From contig CALKOM010000033.1 of the NCBI GenBank assembly GCA_938091905.1, positions 1-37,000 on the forward strand: DNA of 37,000 nucleotides, written 5' to 3'. The position numbers were made by a program, and so were the translations under genes. The notes beneath the pieces are model-generated. The model was not told the DNA's origin, ran no database searches, and worked only from the letters and a program-made list of their open reading frames with translations. Below are positions 1 through 10,332 of the stretch, piece by piece. This stretch comes from an uncultured Verrucomicrobiales bacterium (GTDB lineage Bacteria; Verrucomicrobiota; Verrucomicrobiia; Verrucomicrobiales; DEV007). Position 1 is the first letter of the stretch. Each line of letters starts with the position of its first letter.

Positions 1-109
1 GGGGCGCAACTTGGCCCACGTAGCCGAATCAATAAGATATTTGTCAGTCATAGAAGTGGATCTGCAAGCGCTATATATCACCATCGTGAACTGACAGTCA
101 ATGAGTTAG

Positions 110-595
110 TGCTCTAAGCGAATTAATGGATTAGCCCTAGAATTCAGCAACAGTGTCAACAATACGGAACTAGGCTTTCGGATCTCAGCCAAGGCCAAGA
201 ACGCAGATGAGCTCGAGGGTAAATGGGTGGTGTTTGATCCCACCGGCCAAAAAGGCTATTCTGGCAAATGGATTGCCAAACGCGTGATTCCCTTTGCCCT
301 TGCCGGTATCTGGAGCGCAACCTCTGAACTTCCCGACGGGAACTCAAACAGCTCCACCTACACGATCGCAAAGAATGACGACGTCTTCAGCGGCAAGGTT
401 GCTAGCGATACTACTGAGATCGACCTGAGTTCCGTCACTCTGAAAGATGAGAAGGTGACCATCGTCTTTCCTTTCGGAGCGGCGAAGGTGACGATCACCG
501 CCGAGTTAAAAGGGAAGAATCTTGATGGCAAGTGGGCCATGCCCACACCAGATGGTGAGCTGTCCGGCAAGTGGGCTGCCAAGCCAAAGGAGTAG
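110..595 (+). CDS. 5'-truncated beta-barrel repeat protein (end of one domain plus one complete domain), possibly a disrupted gene
   Basis: The frame of ORF 227..595 is open back to TAG 107-109 (…INGLALEFSNSVNNTELGFRISAKAKNADELEGKWVV…) with no credible start or signal peptide. The motif L.GKW…G..SGKW.AK occurs twice. Confidence 0.6.
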   Translation, partial: CSKRINGLALEFSNSVNNTELGFRISAKAKNADELEGKWVVFDPTGQKGYSGKWIAKRVIPFALAGIWSATSELPDGNSNSSTYTIAKNDDVFSGKVASDTTEIDLSSVTLKDEKVTIVFPFGAAKVTITAELKGKNLDGKWAMPTPDGELSGKWAAKPKE

Positions 596-615
596 CCTCA
601 CCCCCTTCTCTAGGT

Positions 616-1740
616 CTAACGCTGATCCATTGAGACCCAATGCTGAGGAGGCTCAGGACCCGTGTAGTCTGTGAGCGGCCGGTAGAGACGGTTATCGTCA
701 AGCTGCTCTAACACTTGCGCAGTCCAGCCTGCGGCACGCGAAATCGCGAAGATCGGCGTGAAAAGATCCGTGGGAATGTCGAGAGAGTAGTAGACGGTGG
801 CTGAGTAGAAATCGACATTCGCTTCGAGCCCTTTGCGCTCGCGCATGATCTCAGCGATGCGCTCAGACATGCGGATCCACTTGGGCTCGCCAAGCTGTTC
901 CGTGAGTTTGCCCGCCATCTTGCGAAGATGAGGGGCACGCGGGTCGAGCACCTTGTAGACGCGATGACCGATACCCATGATCTTCTCTTTCTTGGCGAGG
1001 CGCTCTTCGACCCAAGCATCGACTTTGTCTTCATCCCCGATTTCGAGAAGCATCTTGATGACACCTTCGTTCGCGCCGCCATGAAGTGGTCCTTTGAGGG
1101 TCCCAATCGCAGACGTGACTGCAGAGTAGATATCGCTCAGAGTCGCAATAGTCACGCGGGAGCTGAAGGTCGACGCATTCATGCCGTGATCCGCGTGAAT
1201 GATGTAGCCGACATCGAGGGTCCTGGTCGCTTCTGCACTAGGCTCTTCACCCGAAATGAGGTAGAGAAAATGCCCTGCCTCGCTCAAATCCGTCCGGTTG
1301 GGCATGATCTCTTTGCCCTGGCGTGCCCGGTGGTAGGTCGCGACAATGAGAGGCACCTTCGCGACAATGCTAAGCGCACGTTCTTCGTTCAGCGTCCGAT
1401 TCTGGTGATCCTCCCGTGTATCAAAGAGACCGAGCATGGAGACCCCTGTGCGGACGACATCCATGGGCCCGGCATCCTGGGGTGCGTTCTTTAGAAACTC
1501 GACCACGCCTTCAGGAAGTGAACGCTGAGCACGCAGGGTTTCTGTGAGTTCTCCGACTTCGCTCTTATTGGGTAACTTCCCACGATGCAGTAAGTAGACC
1601 ACCTCCTCAAAGGTCGCATGCTCCACGAGGTCATCGATGGTATAGCCGAGATAACTCAGCTTTCCTTCGAGACCTTCCACTTTGCTCAACTTTGATTCGT
1701 TGGCGATGATACCTTCGAGGCCTTTGGCTACTACTGACAT
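616..1740 (-). CDS. gltA: Citrate synthase (short, dimeric type)
   Basis: GLEGI N-terminus, HADHGMNAST, GPLHGGANE, MGIGHRVYK.LDPRA and NVDFYS motifs. Confidence 0.93.
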   Translation of the reverse strand: MSVVAKGLEGIIANESKLSKVEGLEGKLSYLGYTIDDLVEHATFEEVVYLLHRGKLPNKSEVGELTETLRAQRSLPEGVVEFLKNAPQDAGPMDVVRTGVSMLGLFDTREDHQNRTLNEERALSIVAKVPLIVATYHRARQGKEIMPNRTDLSEAGHFLYLISGEEPSAEATRTLDVGYIIHADHGMNASTFSSRVTIATLSDIYSAVTSAIGTLKGPLHGGANEGVIKMLLEIGDEDKVDAWVEERLAKKEKIMGIGHRVYKVLDPRAPHLRKMAGKLTEQLGEPKWIRMSERIAEIMRERKGLEANVDFYSATVYYSLDIPTDLFTPIFAISRAAGWTAQVLEQLDDNRLYRPLTDYTGPEPPQHWVSMDQR

Positions 1741-1785
1741 AACAAGCTTTCTAAAATAGGGTTTACGGTTGGCGTGACTTTGTGG

Positions 1786-2661
<876 letters not shown>

Positions 2662-2681
2662 AACAAATTCCTTAACTTTGG

Positions 2682-3869
2682 TTAGGCTGCTGACACGGAG
2701 TCCACGGCCTTCTGCGCTGCGTCTGCCAGCGTCTCTGCGGTGATAAGGGCGAGGCCCGATTCGTTGAGAAGGGCACGTCCCGCTTCGACGTTCGTTCCTT
2801 CGAGGCGCACGATTAGCGGGATGTTTAGATCCACCGTCTTGGCCGCGTTGATGATTCCTTGAGCAATGACGTCACACTGCATGATGCCACCAAAGATGTT
2901 CACAAGGATCGCTTTCACCTTGGGGTCTCCAAGGAGAATGCGAAAGGCTTCCTTCACTTGGCTTTCGGTCGCACCACCACCCACATCTAGGAAATTAGCA
3001 GGGTCACCACCGCAGGTCTTGATGATGTCCATGGTGGACATAGCCAGGCCAGCCCCGTTGACCATGCAGCCGATGTTGCCATCAAGACCGATGTAATTGA
3101 GGTCGAACTTGGACGCCTCCACTTCCCGAGGATCCTCTTCTTCGGGGTCGCGCATCGCGGCGATATCAGGATGCCGAAAGAGCGCGTTGTCATCGAAACC
3201 GAACTTCGCATCCAGGGCGAGCACGTCCCCATCAGGCGTGAGCACGAGAGGATTCACCTCGACCATTGAACAGTCGCATTCGATGAATAACTTATACATG
3301 GCGAGGAAAAGACTCGACGCCTTGCGAATCTGTTTGCCCGTGAAACCCAGCTGATTGGCCAGTTTCCGCGCCTGATAAGGCTGGAGTCCCATCGTCGGGT
3401 GAACGAATTCCTTAAAAATCTTCTCAGGATGCTTCTCAGCCACTTCCTCGATTTCCACGCCACCCTCGCGGCTGGCGATGATCGAAGGACGCTCCGTTTC
3501 GCGGTCCACAAGGATCGCAAAGTAGTATTCCTTCTCGATATCGATCGTCTCTGCGATGAGCACTTGGCGGACCAACTTGCCATCCTCACCTGTCTGGTGG
3601 GTTACGAGGACCTCACCGAGCATCTTCTCCGCCGTTTCTTGAGCCTTCTCAGGGCTGTCAACGAGGTGGACACCGCCCTGAAAACCATTCTTGAAGGTGC
3701 CTTTGCCCCGCCCGCCAGCGTGTATCTGGGCTTTGACAACAAATTGAGTTGTCCCAAGGGATTTGGCGGCAGTTAAAGCCTCTGTCCCACTCGTGGCGGC
3801 GATCCCCCGAGGGGTAGCCACTCCAAATTTATCAAACAAGGCTTTCGCCTGGTACTCGTGAATATTCAT
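2682..3869 (-). CDS. sucC: Succinyl-CoA synthetase beta subunit (start reassigned to ATG 3869)
   Basis: [58 protein letters not shown]. Confidence 0.97.
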   Translation of the reverse strand: MNIHEYQAKALFDKFGVATPRGIAATSGTEALTAAKSLGTTQFVVKAQIHAGGRGKGTFKNGFQGGVHLVDSPEKAQETAEKMLGEVLVTHQTGEDGKLVRQVLIAETIDIEKEYYFAILVDRETERPSIIASREGGVEIEEVAEKHPEKIFKEFVHPTMGLQPYQARKLANQLGFTGKQIRKASSLFLAMYKLFIECDCSMVEVNPLVLTPDGDVLALDAKFGFDDNALFRHPDIAAMRDPEEEDPREVEASKFDLNYIGLDGNIGCMVNGAGLAMSTMDIIKTCGGDPANFLDVGGGATESQVKEAFRILLGDPKVKAILVNIFGGIMQCDVIAQGIINAAKTVDLNIPLIVRLEGTNVEAGRALLNESGLALITAETLADAAQKAVDSVSAA

Positions 3870-3917
3870 GCGGAATGAAGGGGCGCACAGCCCCTTCCGA
3901 GGGGCCGCGCGGGCGGC

Positions 3918-3946
3918 AAAATAGGGGGCGGGGTTCCTAGCGTCAA
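3918..3946 (-). promoter_or_regulatory. Putative sigma70 promoter of sucCD-gltA
   Basis: Minus strand TTGACG-17 bp-TATTTT, followed by a GC-rich leader hairpin (~3885-3910). Confidence 0.55.
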
Positions 3947-4008
3947 GAGCGATCTCGAAGAGTCGCAAGCGCCCCCTAAACCCAAAGGTTTACTCCTGGA
4001 ATTTAGCC

Positions 4009-4236
4009 TCATCGAGGCTCGTTCGCACTGATAGAGGTGACCTGACCTTCGCTAAACTGCACCAAACTACCATCCTTTTGCTTACAGCGGTAGTAGCCGG
4101 TGGCACCGTTCAAATGGGGCCACTCCCTCGTCTCAATCGTCCTCCCGTCCTTTAGGATAATTTCGTAGCCTGACGGCGACGTTGAGCATCCAATGAGCAT
4201 ACAACACAGCCCCTGGAGAATCACACTCCTTAACAT
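4009..4236 (-). CDS. Small lipoprotein, YgdI/YgdR (DUF903)-like
   Basis: Lipobox LIGC; Y.I..KDGRTI.T…P…..TGYY….DG…Q…..V..I pattern. Confidence 0.7.
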   Translation of the reverse strand: MLRSVILQGLCCMLIGCSTSPSGYEIILKDGRTIETREWPHLNGATGYYRCKQKDGSLVQFSEGQVTSISANEPR

Positions 4237-4250
4237 TACCAGAACAAAGA

Positions 4251-4562
4251 CTACTTGCGTTTGATCGAAGGAAGAAGCTTAGCAACCTTCTCTTTCATCT
4301 CTTTCCCCGGCCGAAATTTCACCACAGCACGCGGCGGAATCGTCACTTCCTTTTCAGGATGGCGTGGATTCCTCCCGACCTTTGCCTTCGTTTCCATGAC
4401 CTGGAAGGTTCCGAAGTTTCGCAGCACCACTTCGTCTCCATTGGAGAGGTGGGTGGTTACTTGATCGATGACGCCTTGCAGAATGTTGAACACATCCCGT
4501 TGCGTCATACCTAATTCGTCACTCAACTCCATGACAAGATCTCGTTTCGTTATCGTCTTCAT
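4251..4562 (-). CDS. HU/IHF family DNA-binding protein
   Basis: TKRDLV, LRNFGTFQV, GRNP, IPPRAVVKFRPGK. Confidence 0.93.
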   Translation of the reverse strand: MKTITKRDLVMELSDELGMTQRDVFNILQGVIDQVTTHLSNGDEVVLRNFGTFQVMETKAKVGRNPRHPEKEVTIPPRAVVKFRPGKEMKEKVAKLLPSIKRK

Positions 4563-4677
4563 CTCTTTACACTCACTCTACAAAAGGAATTTGTAGGCAA
4601 CAAGTTACAAGGTTGCATTGCATGCCTGAATACGCAAATTCCGCGCCATTCTAATCAATTCATGCTATCAATCGACG

Positions 4678-5727
4678 ATGCGCTCCGACACAAAGCCGCT
4701 GGCCCAAGCAACACCACTCGATGACCCGGAAGGCTTTCGGGAAGCGCTCATCCACTGGTTTCGCCAGGACGGCAGATCCTACCCCTGGAGAGAAACAACC
4801 GATCCTTACGCCATTGTCGTCTCTGAACTCATGCTTCAGCAGACACAGATCGCCACCGTGTTAGAGCGCGATTACTACGGACGGTGGATGCTCCAGTTCC
4901 CCGATGTCGAGACCCTGGCGGCAGCTTCTGAAGACGCCATTCTCAAAGCCTGGGAAGGGCTGGGCTACTACCGGCGGGCGAGGAATTTGCAGAAGTTAGC
5001 TCAAGTCGTTTCAAATGAACACGAGGGAAAGTTTCCTGAAACTCTCGAAAACATACTCGCACTTCCAGGCGTCGGTCCTTACACGGCAGGGGCCGTCCTC
5101 TCATTTGCCTTCAATGAGCCCGTTCCTTTAGTCGACGGAAATGTCCATCGTGTGTTTGCCCGGCTATTTGATAGCCACGAAGTGGTCGATTCCACCGCTG
5201 GCCAGAAGCAAATGTGGGCCTGGGCGGCAGACCTGGTTTCTCCAGACCATCCCCGCCTCTATAACAGTGCGCTCATGGAACTGGGGCAGACGATCTGTCG
5301 CCAGAAATCCTCAGATTGCCAAACCTGCCCGGTGAACACATTCTGTCAGACGCGGACCCCTGAAGACCTTCCCAAGAAGGCGCCTCGCCGTAAAACAGTG
5401 TTTCAAAATGAACATGTACTCTTTCAGACCCACCAAGATCAGCTCCTACTCATTCAGGAACAGGGCAAACGGCGTCAAGGGTTGTGGAAGCTTCCTCCTT
5501 GCCCAGAGAGTAAAACAGACCAGCTATCACTTCTCTACAAGGCGAAATACAGCATTACCCATCATCGAGTCACCTTACATGTCTACGCGAGCAAAGAGCT
5601 ATCGGTAGATGACTCTAAATGGCATCCACTGAAAGACATCCACGAACTAGCAATGCCTTCGCCCTACAGAAAGGCGGTAGATCAGCTAGTCAAAAATAGG
5701 GATCAATTTCAGCTAGAGCACCGGTAG
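4678..5727 (+). CDS. mutY: A/G-specific adenine glycosylase
   Basis: PWR, VSELMLQQTQ, WEGLGYYRRARNL, HhH LPGVGPYTA, VDGNV, 4Fe-4S motif C-X6-C-X2-C-X5-C. Confidence 0.95.
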   Translation: MRSDTKPLAQATPLDDPEGFREALIHWFRQDGRSYPWRETTDPYAIVVSELMLQQTQIATVLERDYYGRWMLQFPDVETLAAASEDAILKAWEGLGYYRRARNLQKLAQVVSNEHEGKFPETLENILALPGVGPYTAGAVLSFAFNEPVPLVDGNVHRVFARLFDSHEVVDSTAGQKQMWAWAADLVSPDHPRLYNSALMELGQTICRQKSSDCQTCPVNTFCQTRTPEDLPKKAPRRKTVFQNEHVLFQTHQDQLLLIQEQGKRRQGLWKLPPCPESKTDQLSLLYKAKYSITHHRVTLHVYASKELSVDDSKWHPLKDIHELAMPSPYRKAVDQLVKNRDQFQLEHR

Positions 5728-5783
5728 TATCGCCGACGTGGCAACGGAGGTGACAAAAACCTAGCATAGAACGGTTTGACTTT

Positions 5784-6401
5784 TCACCGTCCATCTACTG
5801 CCGCTTGAGGAACAGACAAAAGCGCTTCCAACTGAATCAACAAAACCTCAAGAGGCTGTGAGTAAAAACTAAATGGCGCAAACTCCCGAAGCCGTGGCGA
5901 CTGACGAAACGCGATTGCTTCCTTGGCCGAAAGAATCGTGCTGCGGAGAGCACGCCTGAGAGATGGGCTCACAAATTCATCCGTAAGGGCGAATGCCTGC
6001 TCTGCGAGATCACCAGAACGCCACCTGGTCCGAAAGATGACTTTCTCTAAAACAAGACCTCTGTCTGGCTGCTCGGGCATCGAAAGTACTCGATCAGCGG
6101 CTAGCTGCGGACGAAGAGCCGCAATAAGGTCAATCTCTGCAGCCTGTGCAGAGATTGCCTACGGTGACTCCGGATCGAGCGCCCTTCGCCACACTTCAAA
6201 ACCTCCGCGTTTACCGCTAACCGGCCATCCAAGGGCCAACCAATCGACCACTTCAGCACGCTCTTCAGAAAATGTTAGCGCTAATAACGAGGCGACGCCT
6301 TGCTCGGGATCCGATTGACCCCAGTGATAGAAAGCTTGCCGGGTCACCACCCACGGCGCAGCCACTCGGAATTGCCCCAGAAGCAACATCCGAAAACGCA
6401 C
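5784..6401 (-). pseudogene. Hypothetical protein split by an in-frame TAG (6159-6161)
   Basis: ORFs 6159..6401 and 5784..6080 share a frame, and the intervening codons are open (…DPESP*AISAQAAEIDLIAALRPQLAADRVLSMPEQ…). W..SDPEQ resembles helical-repeat proteins. Confidence 0.5.
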
Positions 6402-6414
6402 GAGTAGATCTCAG

Positions 6415-7275
6415 TCAGTGTCGTGGGGAGTCCGGCAAGGTGAACGGCACCTGGCTGAGACGCTGCGTCAGACAATCAATGACTTCACTTCCCGTAGCGG
6501 CGTGTTTCCACACGTAGTCAACGACATCTTGATCTTCTAACAAGACCTGCCAGCGCTGTAGAAGCTGGCGAAGCTGCTGCTTCTGCCCAGGGGAAAAATG
6601 GTATTCCGCCAGGATCGTATCCAGGTAAGCAGGATCTGCCCACCGCGTGGCGAACGTATTGGACAGGTCTAGCAGTTGTTCAGCGGCATCACAAATCGCA
6701 CCAAGCTGTTTCTCAATATGAAGGGTAACAGCAGTCTTGGAGAAGCGTTCACCCGCTTCCACGCCATGATCGGAGACGATCTTGATGCAATGGACTAGCT
6801 CAGGCGAAGCAAAGTTAGATGCCGAAGCGTAGAAACCACTCGCTTCCATGTCGACTAGCATCTTAGCTGATATCGCTTTCTGAGGCTCGGTCACGGTGAC
6901 CAGGGCCTCCGTCTTAAGCCCCTCAAAAATCACTGGAGGATAATAAGCCGTTCCCAATGCCGTATCAGTGATCTTGTGGGCCGCTCGAGCTTCGCCAAGG
7001 GGAATGGTGGCGTGGCCAGCGACTCCAAGGTTGAGCCAAGCGATAGCCTTCGTGCTACAGCTCAATCCTGCTAGGTACGCCGTAGCAATGCCGGCAGCGT
7101 GCCTCCCCACCCCAGTAACAATAAGCCAGTGAAGTTCAGACTGGTCATGATAAACTCGATACGGATGGTCGCCTGAAGCGGGCTCAAGATCAAAACGGCT
7201 GAGCAGGGGCGCCGCCTCGCAGGGAAGCGCAACAACAATTCGGATACCAAACCGAGACTTGGACGTGCCGTCCAT
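6415..7275 (-). CDS. Nucleoside phosphorylase-superfamily (MTA/SAH nucleosidase-like) protein with C-terminal helical extension
   Basis: VVALPCEA, TGVG, WLNLGVAG, VDMEASGF, KIVSD. Confidence 0.75.
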   Translation of the reverse strand: MDGTSKSRFGIRIVVALPCEAAPLLSRFDLEPASGDHPYRVYHDQSELHWLIVTGVGRHAAGIATAYLAGLSCSTKAIAWLNLGVAGHATIPLGEARAAHKITDTALGTAYYPPVIFEGLKTEALVTVTEPQKAISAKMLVDMEASGFYASASNFASPELVHCIKIVSDHGVEAGERFSKTAVTLHIEKQLGAICDAAEQLLDLSNTFATRWADPAYLDTILAEYHFSPGQKQQLRQLLQRWQVLLEDQDVVDYVWKHAATGSEVIDCLTQRLSQVPFTLPDSPRH

Positions 7276-7278
7276 AGA

Positions 7279-10188
7279 TCAATCGTCACCCTTGTAAAGA
7301 AGGCGCATAGAATCCAGGCGCAGGCGCGCACCGGCCATGGCCGTTTCGAGCTCAGTCAACGCGTATTCAGCCATCTCAATCTCTTCTTCACGCACGTGAT
7401 CATTGATAGAACGCAAATGCCGCAGACGGTCCACCTCCATACGAAGCTTCGTCCGCATAACGACTCGATTTCCAGAAATGATGTCCGGAACTTGTTCTTG
7501 AGCTACTTCCTCGGCATAAGCCTGAAGTTTTGGCAGGAGGTCTTGAAGGATGTGAACATTCTTCTGTACCCACTGAGGCTTTCCAGGGCGAACGTAATCC
7601 TCCATCTCGCTTGCAGAAATGGTGTTCGAATAATCCTCATTCCGATGGTTCACCAGAACACGAATCGGTGTCGCAGGGAAAAACCGATCGGCATGTAGAT
7701 GCGTTGGCGCTACACACTCAACCACATAGACCACTTCCAAGAAGACCATCTTGGGTCCGGTTGCATCCATATAGGCGAAGGCACAGTTTCCCTGTTCTGA
7801 ACCTAACAATAGATCGATCGCCCCTCGCAACATCGGATGATCCCAGGTGAGGAACTGCATCTCCTCGCGTTTGAGAGCCATCGAGCGATCCAGCGTCATG
7901 GTGATGCCCTCCTCAGGCAGATTGGGGAACGCGTCCGTGTAGACATGTTCAGGCTTGAGGTGATAGACCCGGGGCTGAAGCTCTTCAACAGTCACGCCAA
8001 AGTGATCAACGAGCCTGAGGAAGAACTGCTCCAGGTCTGGATTCTCATCCGCCTTGCTGATGTCATCAACAAGTTGCAGGGCAGGCTCTTCGCGGAACGA
8101 ATTCAACTCTAGCAAATGATCACGGCCCGCTTCAAGTTCACGCACTGTCTCATCGTGAAACGCACGCGTCTTCTCTAGCAACGTATCATACTTCTTCTTT
8201 GGATAGGCCCCTGAAGCGTCGGCCTTCTTCATGAGCTTAGTGAGTTCCCCACCGAATTCTCGGACGTAGCGGTGACCAGATTGCTGGCAAGTTTCGAAAG
8301 CATCGAGTCCTTCGTGGTACCAACGAGCAATCATTTCCTCACCACTCTTTAGAAGAAACGGAACAAAAATCTGAATAGTCTCAGTCTGACCGATACGATC
8401 AAGCCGCCCAATGCGCTGCTCAAGCAGCGCAGGATCGAGCGGCAAGTCTAACAAAACCAGCCTATGAGCGAATTGAAAGTTGCGCCCCTCACTTCCAATC
8501 TCAGAACAAAGAAGCAGCTGGGCACCATCGTCTTCAGCAAAGTAAGCGGCACTCCGATCACGCTGAATCAACGTCATGCCCTCGTGGAACATGCCCATCT
8601 TGACATTGATTTCGATACGAAGCGACTCATTGATCGATTCCACACGCTCTTTCGTTGAACAGATCAGGAGGACCTTATCGTTGGGCTTGAGTTCTTTAAT
8701 GAGATCAGTCAACCAAGCGATGTGTTCATTGCCTTTGCCGTTCGGTTTCAGCGGTACCATTGCCGCCTTACGCTGAGGGAACCCACGCATCGCGGTCCGT
8801 CGATTGCGGAACATCACTCGTCCCGCGCCATACTGGTCTAACAAATCCTCAAGCAACTTCGTTCGGCAACCGCGGTCTTCCATAGCCGCACCCTCGATAA
8901 GGTCCGCGATTTCATCTGCGGTGTAATGAGCAAAGAGTTTCTTGAGGTGCTTCCAGTCGTCAATGCCCATGCTAGTGCGGCCCAGCAAACCGTCCGCCAA
9001 ACGAGCAATCTCTTCATAGTGCGCTGTTTGCTCCAAGAATTTATCTAAATCAGGATAGCGCTCGGGATCGAGCAAACGGAGCCTCGCAAAGTGACCTTCA
9101 CGCCCAAGTTGCTCGGGCGTTGCCGTGAGAAGGATCAGGCTGCGCACCTTCTGCGCCAGACGATCCACCAACCCGTATTCAGGGCTGATTTCCTTAGCCG
9201 TCCACTCAAGGTGGTGCGCTTCATCGACAATGAGTAGGTCCCACCCGCCATCGACAACTTGCTGGGCACGAGTCTCGTTCTGCACGACAAAGTCGGTCGC
9301 ACAGATGACGAATTGCTCGTCGAGGAACGGATTCGGCACGACGACCTTCGCTTCCTCTTCAGCAGCTTCCACAGGCTCAGCCGCAGCTGCAGACTTGGCC
9401 GTCTTCTTTTTGGCCGCTTTCTTCTTGGCCGCCTTCTTCTTGGCCGCCTTCTTTTTCGGCGCGGGCTTCGACTGATGGGCCTCCTCTGCCTCGATTGAGG
9501 CACAGCGTTCCTCATCGAAGATCGCGAAATTCATCTGAAACCGACGCAGTAGTTCAACGAACCATTGATGAAGCAATGGCTCGGGCACAAGAATCAGCAC
9601 CCGCCGCGCGCGACCAGTCAGGACCATTCGCATGAGAATGAGCCCGGCTTCAATGGTCTTTCCAAGGCCCACCTCATCCGCTAGAAGCACTCTTGGAGCG
9701 TGTCTGGAGGCCACTTCCGTTGCCACATAGAGCTGATGAGGAATGAGTTCCATGCGCACGCCTTGGAAGCCCCGCAGAAGAGAACTCCGCATATCGAATT
9801 GATGCTGAAGCACCTTGTGACGGAGATCAAAGACCTCCATAGGATCGGCATGACCTGCGAGAAGGCGGTCCTGAGGCTTGCTAAAGCTAAGATAGTCAGC
9901 CAATTCCGACTCATTCACCTCGGTATCACCGTCCCCGTAATAGAAATAGAGATGGCTCCTCTCTTTGATCTCATTGATCTGTATTCGAGAACCGTCCCGG
10001 GTGGCGATGGCCTCCCCCTTGGCGAAACGCACGCGCTTGAGCGGCGCATTCTCCACGGTGTAGGTACGAGCTTCCTCGTGAGCAGGAAACTGCAGAGTTA
10101 CCCTTCCATGGACGACTTCATCGACGATGCCGAGCCCAAGTTCTGGCTCCATACTGCTAACCCAACGTTGGCCTTTTACGAAATTCAC
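7279..10188 (-). CDS. rapA: RNA polymerase-associated SWI2/SNF2 ATPase RapA (start 10188 or 10194)
   Basis: GQRWVS..EPELGLG N-terminus, LLADEVGLGKT, DEAHH, LTATPEQLG, SEIGSEGRNFQFA, QRIGRLDRIGQ, RapA_C TWDHPM. Confidence 0.93.
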   Translation of the reverse strand: MNFVKGQRWVSSMEPELGLGIVDEVVHGRVTLQFPAHEEARTYTVENAPLKRVRFAKGEAIATRDGSRIQINEIKERSHLYFYYGDGDTEVNESELADYLSFSKPQDRLLAGHADPMEVFDLRHKVLQHQFDMRSSLLRGFQGVRMELIPHQLYVATEVASRHAPRVLLADEVGLGKTIEAGLILMRMVLTGRARRVLILVPEPLLHQWFVELLRRFQMNFAIFDEERCASIEAEEAHQSKPAPKKKAAKKKAAKKKAAKKKTAKSAAAAEPVEAAEEEAKVVVPNPFLDEQFVICATDFVVQNETRAQQVVDGGWDLLIVDEAHHLEWTAKEISPEYGLVDRLAQKVRSLILLTATPEQLGREGHFARLRLLDPERYPDLDKFLEQTAHYEEIARLADGLLGRTSMGIDDWKHLKKLFAHYTADEIADLIEGAAMEDRGCRTKLLEDLLDQYGAGRVMFRNRRTAMRGFPQRKAAMVPLKPNGKGNEHIAWLTDLIKELKPNDKVLLICSTKERVESINESLRIEINVKMGMFHEGMTLIQRDRSAAYFAEDDGAQLLLCSEIGSEGRNFQFAHRLVLLDLPLDPALLEQRIGRLDRIGQTETIQIFVPFLLKSGEEMIARWYHEGLDAFETCQQSGHRYVREFGGELTKLMKKADASGAYPKKKYDTLLEKTRAFHDETVRELEAGRDHLLELNSFREEPALQLVDDISKADENPDLEQFFLRLVDHFGVTVEELQPRVYHLKPEHVYTDAFPNLPEEGITMTLDRSMALKREEMQFLTWDHPMLRGAIDLLLGSEQGNCAFAYMDATGPKMVFLEVVYVVECVAPTHLHADRFFPATPIRVLVNHRNEDYSNTISASEMEDYVRPGKPQWVQKNVHILQDLLPKLQAYAEEVAQEQVPDIISGNRVVMRTKLRMEVDRLRHLRSINDHVREEEIEMAEYALTELETAMAGARLRLDSMRLLYKGDD
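9396..9460 (-). repeat. Imperfect 15-bp tandem repeat encoding (KKKAA)3-KKKTA inside rapA
   Basis: Plus strand units of ttggccgccttcttc, about four copies with synonymous variation. Confidence 0.85.
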
Positions 10189-10332
10189 GATCACTGTTAA
10201 ATCATCTAGTTATTCAGACACGCCCCATGCTTCAAGTTATTTCATCATTCTATGCATTTTAGAACTCATCTGCGATGCCATAGAGCTTGCAGATCTTCCA
10301 AATAAGAGGCTAGGCTCGCCATCACAAACCAT

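Noticed and set aside
7279..10194. SNF2 helicase as an anti-phage system (DISARM or Zorya-like)
   Set aside because: It has the RapA N-terminal and RapA_C signatures, and no methylase or nuclease neighbours
10271..10292. Sigma54 promoter in the rapA/epimerase intergenic region
   Set aside because: TGCCAT-N5-TTGCA lacks the invariant GG, and the reverse strand lacks the GC
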